From the NCBI GenBank assembly GCA_965205015.1, contig OZ242029.1:3936001-4000000 (forward strand): a stretch of 64,000 bases of DNA. Reading direction: 5' to 3'. Within the stretch, counting starts at the first letter, position 1, and each line of letters begins with the position of its first letter. This document shows positions 28,591-39,140 of this stretch, one piece after another. The notes beneath the pieces are model-generated. The model worked only from the letters and a program-made list of their open reading frames with translations, made no database searches and had not been told where the DNA came from. The DNA is from Candidatus Poribacteria bacterium. Lineage in GTDB: Bacteria; Poribacteria; WGA-4E; WGA-3G. Made by a program: the position numbers and the translations under genes.

Positions 28591-29265
28591 CTACAATTTC
28601 GTTTGATATTTTCGCAGCACTTTCGGAATTAAAGAGAGTAAAAGCATGAGCACGCCAGCGATCCCAAGATAGAGTAACGTCTTCCAAATATTGCCCTCAC
28701 CACTCACAAATGCCCCACCGAGTTGGACAAAGACTGCTGTCCCCGGCAACATAAAGATAGCAGAGACGAGTACATAGGTGGGAAATCGAATACTGGTGAG
28801 TCCATAAGCGTAGTTTTGAAGGTTAAACGGGAAAATCGGGACCAAGCGTGTGAACATCAAAATACGCCAGCCCTGTTCTTCAACCTGCGCATCTATTTTG
28901 CGGAATTGTGCATTGTCTTTAACCCAACTTTCAACGAGGTCACGGGCAACATAGCGGGCAATGAGAAAAGCAACGGAGACAGAAATAATAGAAGCGATGG
29001 AAGCGTAAAAGATGCCCCACAATGGTCCGAAGAGGAACCCCGCCAAGACGGTTACTGGAGAACCGGGGAGGAAAAAGACAGTGGATACCAGATAGAGCCC
29101 GATGTAAACCAAGGGGGCAATTCTTCCAAAACCTTCTACCCATGTTTTGATTTTCGGTACGTTTTCTAAGCGGATGTTGTCTGTTACGCCGTAGGACCTC
29201 AACACGAGATAAACAGCCGCAACGATCCCAACAGTAATTAGAATTTTAATTATACTCTTTCGCAT
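28591..29265 (-). CDS. TVP38/TMEM64 (DedA/VTT) membrane protein
   Basis: FLPGS..LAGFLFG, RLVPIFPFNLQNYAYGLT. Confidence 0.92.
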   Translation of the reverse strand: MRKSIIKILITVGIVAAVYLVLRSYGVTDNIRLENVPKIKTWVEGFGRIAPLVYIGLYLVSTVFFLPGSPVTVLAGFLFGPLWGIFYASIASIISVSVAFLIARYVARDLVESWVKDNAQFRKIDAQVEEQGWRILMFTRLVPIFPFNLQNYAYGLTSIRFPTYVLVSAIFMLPGTAVFVQLGGAFVSGEGNIWKTLLYLGIAGVLMLLLSLIPKVLRKYQTKL

Positions 29266-30754
29266 TTTTTTTCGAAATCGCCTCTAAGTAGGATTTTATC
29301 TGGGTCTGATATCGGACAGGAATACGGTTATTTTCTACGGCTTCAGCATACGCACGCGACGCGTTGAGGACGACATCGGCAAAGGGTAAATAGGCAGGGA
29401 CATCGTTGGTAACCTCACCCGTAAAGACACGAGAGGCACCTTCTGTATGACCGGAGGCACCTGCAGTCAGGGTCAACTGTTCTCCGTTAACTTGTAAGGC
29501 TGGTGTTTCTTCACCTGTCAGTGGTACTGTGGCATCGGGTTCGTCTGTTTCACTTTGCATTCTGACGGATTCGGCTGTCTGTGATTCTGAGTATGGATCG
29601 GAATTCGACGGTCCCTCGCGAGTCCCTTGCACCTCGCTGCTTCCCGCGTCTTGTCCAGGTCCGCCCTCGGTATTCGCGATCCCACCTTCTGCGGATGTCG
29701 TTTCAAGAGTCGCCAATGCCAGTTCCTTTTGGCTGGTCGTGAGTCGCGCCTCCAGTTCTGCAAGATCAGATGACTTTTCCATCTTCTCAAGGGCAGCAAT
29801 GAGGTCCTGCAACGTTTCCGGTGTGACCCCTTTGCCCTGAGTCTGATTCAGTGAATCACCGAGAGCACCCTTCGGTAGATCTTCAGCCAAACGTTCAAAG
29901 AGTTCCATAAGTTCTGCTTGAAGTTCCGGCGGTATCTCAGCCTGCTCCGTGAGGTTTTTCAGGGCTGCAGCGAGTTGGTTGGCATCCATACCTCGAAAAC
30001 TTTGACTCGCTTCTGTCGCTTCAGCAATAGCGGTTTGCTCTGATTGCTGCTTACGGACCTCTTTTTTTAATTTGCTGAGCTGTTGTTGTGCCGTGTTGAG
30101 ATCTGATGCGGCTTTCAACGCTTTTACAGTGTCGGTGATCTGGCTCCTTAAGTCCGAACTCTCAACGGATCCGCCTTCAAGATTTTGAATTATCTTACCT
30201 AACGCCTGTTGCTGCGGATTTGTCAGGGGTTGTGGGACCTCATAAAAGGGAGAAACAGTGAAGGATAGCCCAATCAAGAGCAGCGGAATCGGAAACAGTT
30301 TTAGGAACTTCGGCACACGATACGGATTTATTTTTTTAGGGTCTAAGGTTGTTGCAGCCGCTGCGGCATCTCGAATTTGGAGTTGTGCGAATTCGTTTTC
30401 GGGATTGGTTTGCATCAATCCAAATGCCGTACTGAGACGCTCGCTGAGTTCCATTTTTTCGTCAACAGCCCGCGCGATGAAGTCTAAATCCTTGCGATGC
30501 TTGACACTGAGCCATATACCCACAACCGTCGCTACAAAAATGATGATCCCACTCACACTCAACATTCGCATTGGTAGCGGAATTACTCGGTTCAGAAAGA
30601 ACAGCAGCACCAGCAGCACCAGCCCACAGAAAAGTGTAGACGTGATCGTCTGCAAGCGTGCCTGTCGATACATTCTACCACGAATGTTGATCAGACAATT
30701 CTGGATGCTTTGTGCATCTACTGCTTCGGTTGGGTTGTGTTCAGAATTCACCAT
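29246..30754 (-). CDS. Membrane-anchored coiled-coil protein (DUF4175-like)
   Basis: Two N-terminal TMs, LSERLSTA, helical region, C-terminal IPVRYQTQIKSYL. Confidence 0.65.
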   Translation of the reverse strand: MVNSEHNPTEAVDAQSIQNCLINIRGRMYRQARLQTITSTLFCGLVLLVLLFFLNRVIPLPMRMLSVSGIIIFVATVVGIWLSVKHRKDLDFIARAVDEKMELSERLSTAFGLMQTNPENEFAQLQIRDAAAAATTLDPKKINPYRVPKFLKLFPIPLLLIGLSFTVSPFYEVPQPLTNPQQQALGKIIQNLEGGSVESSDLRSQITDTVKALKAASDLNTAQQQLSKLKKEVRKQQSEQTAIAEATEASQSFRGMDANQLAAALKNLTEQAEIPPELQAELMELFERLAEDLPKGALGDSLNQTQGKGVTPETLQDLIAALEKMEKSSDLAELEARLTTSQKELALATLETTSAEGGIANTEGGPGQDAGSSEVQGTREGPSNSDPYSESQTAESVRMQSETDEPDATVPLTGEETPALQVNGEQLTLTAGASGHTEGASRVFTGEVTNDVPAYLPFADVVLNASRAYAEAVENNRIPVRYQTQIKSYLEAISKKNAKEYN

Positions 30755-31764
30755 GTGAGTTCCTCAACGGCTGCCATAACCGTATCTGGGGTAATCGCCT
30801 CAAGATTTTCGCGCGCGCGATCGGGATAGGCGTCCCACTCTCTGGACGATAGGGTTTTCATAAACGGACACTCTTTGCGCGCGACCACCGCATGTCGGTC
30901 CCACGGGGGTGCCCACTGGATAAGATTGGACGCCCCAAACAGAGCAACCGTCGGTGTTTTCACGGCAGTGCTGAGATGCATCGGTCCCGTATCGTTGCTG
31001 ATGTACAAATTACACCGTTGCAAAAGTGCTGCAAGTTGCATCGGGGTTGCTTGATTGACAATAACGGGTGAATGTGACATCAATTCCGATACTTGTGCTG
31101 CTAATTCACCTTCCCGTGGTCCGGTTGTAATAATAATATGTGCGCCGTATGTTGCGTGTAGCTGATCCCCGAGTGCGGCAAAATTCGCGGTATGCCAGCG
31201 GCGATAAGCCGTCGCGGCACCCGGATTGAGACCGATAATGCGCTTGTTATTATTAAGCCTCTGGCTTTGAAGAAAATTGTTCACCCACGCGATACTCGCA
31301 CTATCAACAAATACCTCCGGTTCACTCTCTACGACTTCAATACCCAGTGCCCGAACAACATCAAGATACCGCTGGGTTTCATGCTGTGTGGTGTTATTTG
31401 GGACTGCGAGATTCAATAATTTCTGCCCACCAGCGTTCGTTTCAAATCCAACGCGGAACGGGATTCTGGCAAGAAATGCGTGAAGGACGAGACGAAACGT
31501 CGGTTGCAGCACAACCGCCATCTGGAATTTGCGCCGAGCCATCTGATAGATGAGTTTCGGCACGGAGGTTTGATACGTAAGAACCTCGTTCAGATGTGGA
31601 TTTGCGGACACTAAGTCCTCTCGTGTCGGTGCGACCATGTAAGCGATATAGGCGTCTCGAAAGTGCTGGCGTAAAGCCCGGATAACGGGTGTTGTGAGAA
31701 CGGTTTCTCCGAGTGGGGCAAGCCTGATGATTAAAATGCGATGAATCTGGTCAGGGGCAAACAT
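30748..31764 (-). CDS. Glycosyltransferase family 9 (LPS heptosyltransferase-like)
   Basis: ILIIRL..LGE.VLTTP, NPGA, SNDTGPMHL, VALFG; AAGGAG SD before MFAPD. Confidence 0.92.
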   Translation of the reverse strand: MFAPDQIHRILIIRLAPLGETVLTTPVIRALRQHFRDAYIAYMVAPTREDLVSANPHLNEVLTYQTSVPKLIYQMARRKFQMAVVLQPTFRLVLHAFLARIPFRVGFETNAGGQKLLNLAVPNNTTQHETQRYLDVVRALGIEVVESEPEVFVDSASIAWVNNFLQSQRLNNNKRIIGLNPGAATAYRRWHTANFAALGDQLHATYGAHIIITTGPREGELAAQVSELMSHSPVIVNQATPMQLAALLQRCNLYISNDTGPMHLSTAVKTPTVALFGASNLIQWAPPWDRHAVVARKECPFMKTLSSREWDAYPDRARENLEAITPDTVMAAVEELTW

Positions 31765-31837
31765 CCTGCTCCTTCGCTGACTATTGCCAATTTGTACTAT
31801 TCGCGATATAATACGCCAAAACGAAACGGATGTCAAT

Positions 31838-32572
31838 ATGGATTCCCGTCTCCAAGACTTAAAAGAGAAATATCTACGCGGTTGGGAACAACAGGCAACT
31901 GTGATTCTACTTGCTTCTGGACTTCTGCTAACGTTGCACAGGTATTACAGCCGACGCAGTTTTTTCAGACACCACTTCGCAGAATACTTTATCAACCTCC
32001 CATTGGTAGCGAGCCATTCCTACTATTACTGGTTTCTGACGACGGCACTCACCTTACTCCTCGCGCCTGTCCTCGTTGCGCAATTTGGAACAAAGGAGCG
32101 GTTGAAGGACTATGGATTCCAACTCGGGAATCAGAAACTTGGATGGAGCATAACAGGCGCGGCATGGTTTCTGATGATACCGGTGGTTATTCTCGCCGTC
32201 ATCGTATATCCGCCTTTCGTGGCAAAGTATCCACTCAGTAAGGTAGTTGCGAGTAGTTGGCAGGCGTTCCTCCCGTATCAACTCGCCTACGGTGTTTACA
32301 TGTTTTCGTGGGAATTCTTCTTCCGCGGGTTTATGCTCTTCGGATTAGAACGGAAATTCGGGAACTACACCCTCTTAATTCAGACGATTCCTTTTGCGGT
32401 GATGCATTACTCGAAACCCTTACCGGAGGCAATCGGTTCCGTGATTGCGGGTGTATTACTGGGTGTGCTGGCGTTGGAAACCCGTTCGTTCATCTATGGC
32501 GCGGCAATCCACTGGCTTGTGGCTATGACGATGGATGTAGTAGCTGTATCGTTTCCACGTTTCTGGGGATAA
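31838..32572 (+). CDS. CPBP (Abi/CAAX) intramembrane metalloprotease
   Basis: WEFFFRG, FAVMH, AIH motifs; first Glu of the usual EE pair is W. Confidence 0.85.
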   Translation: MDSRLQDLKEKYLRGWEQQATVILLASGLLLTLHRYYSRRSFFRHHFAEYFINLPLVASHSYYYWFLTTALTLLLAPVLVAQFGTKERLKDYGFQLGNQKLGWSITGAAWFLMIPVVILAVIVYPPFVAKYPLSKVVASSWQAFLPYQLAYGVYMFSWEFFFRGFMLFGLERKFGNYTLLIQTIPFAVMHYSKPLPEAIGSVIAGVLLGVLALETRSFIYGAAIHWLVAMTMDVVAVSFPRFWG

Positions 32573-32580
32573 ACATTTTG

Positions 32581-32609
32581 TTGCGGTTGCTCAGCAAGTG
32601 TGCTATAAT
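32581..32609 (+). promoter_or_regulatory. Sigma-70 promoter for acs
   Basis: TTGCGG-17-TATAAT with extended TG. Confidence 0.65.
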
Positions 32610-32712
32610 TGCAGTTGACATCCACACCCTTTTTATATAAGATATATCCTATACAACTTGTAGATGCGTTTTGACAACTGCAGATTGATTTGGAGAGGAG
32701 ATCATAACATAA

Positions 32713-34656
32713 ATGGCTAATAACGTTTTTCCACCAGCAGAAACTGCTTATCCCGTAGAGAATGCGCACGTCGACAGTTTAGAGACCTATCAAGCGCAAT
32801 ACGCCGAATCTATTCAAGATCCGGAGGCATTTTGGGCAACAATCGCGGAACGATTGACGTGGTATCAGAAATGGGATACGATTCGCGATTACGATTTCGT
32901 CAACGCGGACATTAAATGGTTCGATGGCGGCACGCTGAATGCTTGTTATAACTGTCTCGATCGACATATAGAAGCCGGACACGGTGATGCAACCGCTATT
33001 ATCTGGGAAGGGAACGATCCCTCCGAAGATAAGACCTTTAGTTACAGTGAACTCCTCGCCGAGGTCAAAAAATTCGCCAATGTCCTGAAGGCAGAAGGTA
33101 TTGAAAAAGGCGATCGCGTCTGTATCTACTTACAGATGGTGCCAGAGTTGGCAATCGCAATGTTAGCGTGTGCGCGGATTGGGGCTGTTCACTCTATCGT
33201 CTTCGGCGCATTTTCAGCGGAATCCCTCCGAGACAGAATCAATGATTCGGCGTGTAAACTGCTGATTACGCAAGATACCGCAATGCGCGGTCCCCGTAGC
33301 GATATACCGATGAAGGCAAATGCCGATGCGGCAGTTGCGGAATGTCCATCCATTGAAAAAGTTGTCGTCGTGGCGCGCACTGGGGATGCTGTCGATTTTG
33401 ATGATTCGCGAGATATTTGGTGGCACGCAGCGATGGCGAATGCCGATACAGAATGTGAACCCGTCGTTATGGACGCTGAAGACCCACTTTTTATCCTGTA
33501 CACCTCCGGCTCGACTGGGCAACCGAAAGGCGTTTTGCATACGACAGGGGGTTACCTCGTCTACACGTCTTACACACATCAACAGGTTTTTGATTACCAC
33601 GAGGGTGATGTCTACTGGTGCACAGCCGATATCGGCTGGATTACTGGGCATTCTTACATTATCTACGGTCCACTCGCAAATCGTGCGGTTAGCGTGATGT
33701 TTGAAGGTGTGCCAAACTACCCAGACTTTGGACGTTTTTGGCAGGTCGTTGAGAAGCATAACATTAATATCTTCTACACTGCTCCGACAGCGCTACGCGC
33801 ACTGATGAAAGAAGGGAATACATGGGTCGAAAAGTACGATAGATCCACGCTTAGACTCCTCGGCACAGTGGGTGAACCGATCAAAGAACCGGAGTGGTTG
33901 TGGTACTACAATATCGTCGGTGAAGAGCGGTGCCCAATTGTGGATACGTGGTGGCAGACCGAAACGGGTGGGATTTTGATGACACCCCTGCCTGCAGCAA
34001 CACCCCTGAAACCTGGTTCGGCAACATTTCCGTTTTTCGGAATTGAGCCGGTGATACTTGATGAAGAGGGTAACGAAGTAGAAGGTAATCCGGCAACCGG
34101 CTATCTCTGTATTAAAACGGCGTGGCCCGGTATCATGCGAACCGTCTACGGCGACCATGAACGGTTTTTGGACACCTATTTCCGCAGGTTCCCCGGTTAT
34201 TATATGACAGGCGATGGGGTGCTACGCGATGAAGATGGGTATTATTGGATTACAGGACGCGTGGACGATGTGTTGAACGTTTCTGGACACCGATTAGGCA
34301 CAGCAGAGGTCGAAGGCGCAATCGGGCAACACGAGACAGTGGCAGAAGCAGCAGTCGTCGGGTATCCACACGACATCAAGGGACAAGGCATCTATGCGTA
34401 TGTTACACTCATGACAGGCGAATCAGCCTCTGATGCGGTGGAAACGGGCATCAAACAGGCGGTTCGACAGCAAATCGGGCCGATCGCCACGCCTGACAAG
34501 ATTCAGTTTACCCCGGCACTGCCAAAGACGAGATCCGGCAAGATTATGCGACGGATTCTCCGCAAAATCGCGGAAGGCGACATCTCCGACCTCGGTGATA
34601 CCTCCACCCTTGCCGATCCGACAGTGGTTGATGATTTGGTTGAAGGGAGACGATAA
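32713..34656 (+). CDS. acs: Acetyl-CoA synthetase
   Basis: [32 protein letters not shown]. Confidence 0.98.
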   Translation: MANNVFPPAETAYPVENAHVDSLETYQAQYAESIQDPEAFWATIAERLTWYQKWDTIRDYDFVNADIKWFDGGTLNACYNCLDRHIEAGHGDATAIIWEGNDPSEDKTFSYSELLAEVKKFANVLKAEGIEKGDRVCIYLQMVPELAIAMLACARIGAVHSIVFGAFSAESLRDRINDSACKLLITQDTAMRGPRSDIPMKANADAAVAECPSIEKVVVVARTGDAVDFDDSRDIWWHAAMANADTECEPVVMDAEDPLFILYTSGSTGQPKGVLHTTGGYLVYTSYTHQQVFDYHEGDVYWCTADIGWITGHSYIIYGPLANRAVSVMFEGVPNYPDFGRFWQVVEKHNINIFYTAPTALRALMKEGNTWVEKYDRSTLRLLGTVGEPIKEPEWLWYYNIVGEERCPIVDTWWQTETGGILMTPLPAATPLKPGSATFPFFGIEPVILDEEGNEVEGNPATGYLCIKTAWPGIMRTVYGDHERFLDTYFRRFPGYYMTGDGVLRDEDGYYWITGRVDDVLNVSGHRLGTAEVEGAIGQHETVAEAAVVGYPHDIKGQGIYAYVTLMTGESASDAVETGIKQAVRQQIGPIATPDKIQFTPALPKTRSGKIMRRILRKIAEGDISDLGDTSTLADPTVVDDLVEGRR

Positions 34657-35151
34657 TTGGCTTCAGCAGAAAAGATAGTAGATGAATTAAAAAAACAGGG
34701 GATCACCCACGCTGTTGGCGTTCCAGATAACGGCAGTGCCCGGATTTATGAACGCTTACGGGCAGCGCCTGGTATTGAAGTCATTACGGTCACCCGCGAA
34801 GGGGAAGCCTTTGCCATTGCATCGGGATTGTATGTGGGTGGCAAGAAGCCTGTGATCATCATCCAAAATACGGGATTCTTGGAATCAGGCGATGCGATCC
34901 GAGGCACCGTTGTCAACATGCAGGTGCCAGTCGTGGTATTTATCGGATATCGGGGTTATCACAATCGAGATACAGATGGACAATGGGTCGATTCTGTAGC
35001 GACTTTCCTTGAACCGACCTTGAAAGCATGGAATCTCCCGTATGAAATGCTTGAAACAGACTCGGATGTTGCCTGCATCGCGAGAGCATTTGAACAGGCA
35101 AGAGAGACTTCACTACCAACAGCAGTGCTCTTAATCGGACATGCTACATAG
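34657..35151 (+). CDS. ThDP-enzyme N-terminal (PYR) domain protein, ComD/sulfopyruvate or phosphonopyruvate decarboxylase alpha-like
   Basis: GVPD, TREGEAFAIASG, IQNTG, IGYRG. Confidence 0.8.
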   Translation: MASAEKIVDELKKQGITHAVGVPDNGSARIYERLRAAPGIEVITVTREGEAFAIASGLYVGGKKPVIIIQNTGFLESGDAIRGTVVNMQVPVVVFIGYRGYHNRDTDGQWVDSVATFLEPTLKAWNLPYEMLETDSDVACIARAFEQARETSLPTAVLLIGHAT

Positions 35152-35370
35152 CATCTTTTGCCCATATTTCGACGCTGTGGAAGATATAAGGGGATTCTTT
35201 CGCGGCGACCTATAGCGTCGCTTTCCCTAAGATGGAGAGAGGCGCGCGATTTCTTACGCGAAATAATGACGTACCTGCCTTGGCACGCGCTCTTTTTCGG
35301 TAAAATTCTGCTAAAATCCCTGTTTTTTCGAGTTTTTTGGTGAAATTGCGCTTTTTTTTAAACATTTTAC

Positions 35371-35400
35371 TTGACAAAACGTTTTAACATAATGTATCAT
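35371..35400 (+). promoter_or_regulatory. Sigma-70 promoter for the sigma factor gene
   Basis: TTGACA-18-TATCAT. Confidence 0.55.
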
Positions 35401-35444
35401 TAATTTTTGTTTTATCAAAATTCTGTAATAAGGAGAGGAGAAAG

Positions 35445-36716
35445 ATGGAAGCCGAGTATTTCGGTGAAACAGCGAGTATTGAAAGTGTTGATCCATACAT
35501 GGAGGCAACATATCCACCAGATGAGACAGAACCCTCGGAAAGTTATAAAGGTAGCGATCAGAGTGCTTTAACGAGTTGGCTTCGAAGCGTAGCGGGTCAC
35601 CGTCTGTTAACCCGCGAGGAAGAAGTTCAATTGGCGAAACGGATTGAAGCCGCAGAGGCTAAAGCATTAGACGAGCTTTTAGATGCCTTAGTGGACGTAG
35701 ACCTATTATCCCGCGAGAAGAGGGAGCAATTGGCAGAACAAATTGGAGCCGCAGAGGTTGAAGCCCTGGAGGAACTCTTAGATGCCTTAGTAGATGTGAA
35801 GCTATTATCTCGCGAGAGGAAAGAGCAACTGGCAGAACAAATTGGAGCTGGCAGGAGCGAAGCAAGAAAAGCACTGGTAAGCGAATTACAAGACGCACTG
35901 GTGACAGGTGACGCATTATCTGGTGAAGGGAAAGGCGAATTGACGAAACGGATTGGAGCTGCCGAGCGCGAAGCACGTAGTGCCCGAGATGAACTCGTCC
36001 AAGCGAATCTACGACTCGTTATTTCTATCGCAGTTAAATACCAGGGGCACAACGTTCCACTCGAGGACTTGATTCAAGAAGGAAACATTGGACTGATTAA
36101 AGCAGCAAGCAAGTTTGACTATCAGAAGGGTTTTAAATTCAGTACGTACGCGATTTGGTGGATTAAACAGGCGATTATGCGTACACTTGACAATTTTTCC
36201 CGTTCCATTCGATTACCTTCCTACGTAGTTGCGAAAATGAATAAATTCGATGCCATCTACGCAACGTTGTGTCAAGAACTACAACGCGAGCCGCGTCGCG
36301 ATGAAATAGCAGACGCTTTAGACTTGACGGTGAAACAGGTCGAAGAAATTTTAACGTTTAACGCTGATACTATCTCGATGGATTTACCGCTTAGCGACGA
36401 ACGTTCTGCTGCGACATTAGGCGACTTAATCGAAGACCCGATAACGAGTGGAGAAGACGGGCCGATCGCAGAAATGATTAATAAGGATCTGACGGCTCAA
36501 TTTCTCAAAAGATTGCCAGAGCGCGAACAAAGAGTCTTGAAAATGCGCTTCGGACTTGAGGATGGAGAACGGAAAACACTCCGAGAAATCGGCGTTGCTT
36601 TAGAGGTTACCCGGGAACGCGTCCGTCAACTGGAAATAGATGCAATCAAACGGTTGTATGATCTTTATGATGAGATGGGCGAATTTCGGTCAAATTCTCA
36701 ATCTTGGGCCGCATAA
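35445..36716 (+). CDS. RpoD/SigA-family sigma-70 factor with tandemly repeated region 1.2
   Basis: ANLRLVISIA, DLIQEGNIGL, KFSTYAIWWIKQ, TRERVRQLE; no region 1.1. Confidence 0.95.
   Translation: MEAEYFGETASIESVDPYMEATYPPDETEPSESYKGSDQSALTSWLRSVAGHRLLTREEEVQLAKRIEAAEAKALDELLDALVDVDLLSREKREQLAEQIGAAEVEALEELLDALVDVKLLSRERKEQLAEQIGAGRSEARKALVSELQDALVTGDALSGEGKGELTKRIGAAEREARSARDELVQANLRLVISIAVKYQGHNVPLEDLIQEGNIGLIKAASKFDYQKGFKFSTYAIWWIKQAIMRTLDNFSRSIRLPSYVVAKMNKFDAIYATLCQELQREPRRDEIADALDLTVKQVEEILTFNADTISMDLPLSDERSAATLGDLIEDPITSGEDGPIAEMINKDLTAQFLKRLPEREQRVLKMRFGLEDGERKTLREIGVALEVTRERVRQLEIDAIKRLYDLYDEMGEFRSNSQSWAA
35604..36002 (+). repeat. 99-bp (33-aa) tandem repeat, about four copies, inside the sigma factor
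   Basis: Units start at 35604, 35703, 35802 and 35913. Confidence 0.88.
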
Positions 36717-36737
36717 CACCACTCATGGAAGGCAATT

Positions 36738-37352
36738 ATGAAGAATTTCTTGAAGAAGATCACAGGAACTGAAACCCCTTTGCTCACAGTCACTGAAGCG
36801 GCGCAAGAAAAGATTCAGGCGGTGATAGAAACCGAAGAGGTTGAGGTTGAAGGACTTCGTATTAGTATTCAAGGTAGAACTGCCACCGCTTTCCAATACA
36901 GCTTGGGTTTAGCGACTGAAGCACAAGAGGATGACCTTATTGTCGAATGTGAGCATTTCAATGTACTCGTCGACGCGGAGAGTGCCCCTGACCTTAAAGG
37001 TACTGTGATTGACTACGTCGATGACCTGAATTCGAGTGGATTCAACATTGAAAACCCAAACACACCGACATGGGACAATCCGAAAGCGCAAGAGGTTCAG
37101 AAGCTTATTGACGAACGGATTAATCCGGCTGTAGCGGCACACGGTGGACAGATAGAACTCTTGAACGTCGAAGACGATGCTATCTACATTCATATGGGCG
37201 GCGGTTGCCAAGGCTGCGGTATGGCAAATGTTACCCTCAAACACGGTATTGAGGCGATGATTCAAGAGGTGTTTCCTGAGATTAAGCACGTGATTGACAC
37301 GACCGATCACGCTGCTGGAGATAACCCGTACTATTCTCCAAGCAAGGGATAA
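36738..37352 (+). CDS. nfuA: Fe-S biogenesis protein NfuA-like (A-type domain plus NifU C domain)
   Basis: INPAVAAHGG, GGCQGCG; degenerate HesB-like N-terminal domain. Confidence 0.9.
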   Translation: MKNFLKKITGTETPLLTVTEAAQEKIQAVIETEEVEVEGLRISIQGRTATAFQYSLGLATEAQEDDLIVECEHFNVLVDAESAPDLKGTVIDYVDDLNSSGFNIENPNTPTWDNPKAQEVQKLIDERINPAVAAHGGQIELLNVEDDAIYIHMGGGCQGCGMANVTLKHGIEAMIQEVFPEIKHVIDTTDHAAGDNPYYSPSKG

Positions 37353-37360
37353 TACACATG

Positions 37361-37394
37361 ACGGGCGGATGTTATCATCCGCCCGTTTCTATTT
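37361..37394 (+). terminator. Intrinsic terminator between convergent genes
   Basis: ACGGGCGGAT-GTTATC-ATCCGCCCGT followed by a T-rich run. Confidence 0.75.
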
Positions 37395-38363
37395 TCAACC
37401 GGACACAACGTGTGCGCCCGAGTTGTTCGCCTGCGTAACAAAACAAGAGCCACCCTCTGGAAGTGTTTTTAGGAATGCTTCGGTGTCCCGCTTTAACCCA
37501 TCAATATCCTCACCTACCACGCAAATTGCCGACCCCCAACTGCTAACACCCGCGCCGAAAGCGCCGCTTTCGCGTAAGAAATCAAGCGTCAATTGGAGTT
37601 CAGTACCTTGTGCGTCAATTTCCACTTTTTTCCACCCAAACGTTTGAATTTGATCTAAGGCTTTACCGAAGGTGGACATATCTCCTTCAATCAAGGCAGG
37701 GAGTACTTGCATCAATAGGATGTGTGAAAGTTTCTGGGCGACCCATTCCGGTTGTGGACAGAGCGTCTGGAACAACTCGATCTCTTTGTCACCATAAATC
37801 CGCGAACAATTCGGCATGACAATGAGTAACGGCACTTCTGGAAACGAATAACGGAGTAAAACCGGCGGTGGCGAAATATCTCCAAGAGCAGAAGAGGGTA
37901 GGAACGATGCTTTCTGTTCTGGAAACCGATGGCCGCCATCAACGATGAAACCCCCTGTCTGGAATGCCGCAATACCAATACCCGAAGTGCCGCCGCGTCC
38001 GACAATTCTTGCCAATTCTTGCACATTTAATCCAAGTTCGTATAACAGATTGACTGCCTGTGCAACACCAAGAGAAAGTTGTGTGCCAGACCCGAATCCG
38101 CAATGCATCGGGATTTCAGATTGAAATGTTAATTGAATGCCGGGGAAGGGATAGACGTCTTGAAGCCGTTTCAGTACTGCAGCGGTCCGATCACGATAGA
38201 CAGAAGATGGTAAATGAACGCCGGTTGCCCGCTGAGCAACAATTTGAAAATTGGGCTTAGCAATTGCGAGACCGAATCCGCCATCAACCCGTCCCAACAC
38301 ACCATTCAAATCAAGCAGAGAAAAGTGTAAACGGGATGGAGTGGTAATTTTGACCGCGCTCAC
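37395..38363 (-). CDS. Beta-ribofuranosylaminobenzene 5'-phosphate synthase family (GHMP kinase fold)
   Basis: TPSRLHFSLLDLNG..GRVDGGFG, HCGFGSGTQL, RGGTSGIG..AF..GGFIVDGGH, SSWG. Confidence 0.9.
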   Translation of the reverse strand: MSAVKITTPSRLHFSLLDLNGVLGRVDGGFGLAIAKPNFQIVAQRATGVHLPSSVYRDRTAAVLKRLQDVYPFPGIQLTFQSEIPMHCGFGSGTQLSLGVAQAVNLLYELGLNVQELARIVGRGGTSGIGIAAFQTGGFIVDGGHRFPEQKASFLPSSALGDISPPPVLLRYSFPEVPLLIVMPNCSRIYGDKEIELFQTLCPQPEWVAQKLSHILLMQVLPALIEGDMSTFGKALDQIQTFGWKKVEIDAQGTELQLTLDFLRESGAFGAGVSSWGSAICVVGEDIDGLKRDTEAFLKTLPEGGSCFVTQANNSGAHVVSG

Positions 38364-39064
38364 TCAATCGCCTCACCATTATGCCCATTCTGTCTGACAT
38401 CTCGCTCGATTAAACCGTCACGAATGTGGAGGACGCGCTTGGCATGTTCAGCGACTTCGGGTTCGTGTGTCACCATGATGATGGTATTTCCGTCGTCGTT
38501 CAGACGGTTGAAAATCGCCATGATTTCATCTCCAGAGCGGGTATCCAAGTTCCCCGTCGGCTCATCAGCGAAGATCATTGAGGGTCTATTGACTAAAGCC
38601 CGTGCGATCGCCACACGCTGGATTTGTCCACCAGACAACTCAGTCGACTTGTGATCGACACGGTCTGCTAAACCGACTGCCTCTAAAGATTCAAATGCGC
38701 GCCGTTTGCGCTCTTTTCTGCCCAAACCGGAGTAAATCAACGGTAATTCAACGTTGTTGAGCGCACTGGTTCGTGGAAGCAGGTTAAACGACTGAAACAC
38801 AAAACCGATCTTTTTATTCCGAATGTCAGCCAGCCGATTATCAGACAGCTTCCCAACCTCTTCACCCTCAAGGAAATACTGTCCGGATGTCGGCGTTGCA
38901 AGACACCCCAGAATATCCATCATGGTTGATTTTCCTGAACCGGAGGGTCCCATAATTGCAATAAATTCGCCTTGTGTTATGGTGAAACTGACGCCTCGTA
39001 AGGCATGCACCTGCACATCACCCATTTGATAGATCTTTGTCAAATCTTTTACATCAATTAACAC
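38360..39064 (-). CDS. ABC transporter ATP-binding protein (LolD/MacB-type)
   Basis: GPSGSGKS, LSGGQIQR, ADEPTGNLD. Confidence 0.95.
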   Translation of the reverse strand: MLIDVKDLTKIYQMGDVQVHALRGVSFTITQGEFIAIMGPSGSGKSTMMDILGCLATPTSGQYFLEGEEVGKLSDNRLADIRNKKIGFVFQSFNLLPRTSALNNVELPLIYSGLGRKERKRRAFESLEAVGLADRVDHKSTELSGGQIQRVAIARALVNRPSMIFADEPTGNLDTRSGDEIMAIFNRLNDDGNTIIMVTHEPEVAEHAKRVLHIRDGLIERDVRQNGHNGEAIE

Positions 39065-39140
39065 GGTGTTTCCTCCTTAACCTTAATCTTATGACGATAA
39101 AGCAATAAACAAGAATGCAATTTAGCACGTTTAGGTTGAC

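Noticed and set aside
35281-35297. Sigma-54 promoter (TGGCACG) upstream of the sigma factor
   Set aside because: The -12 TTGC element is absent at the required spacing.
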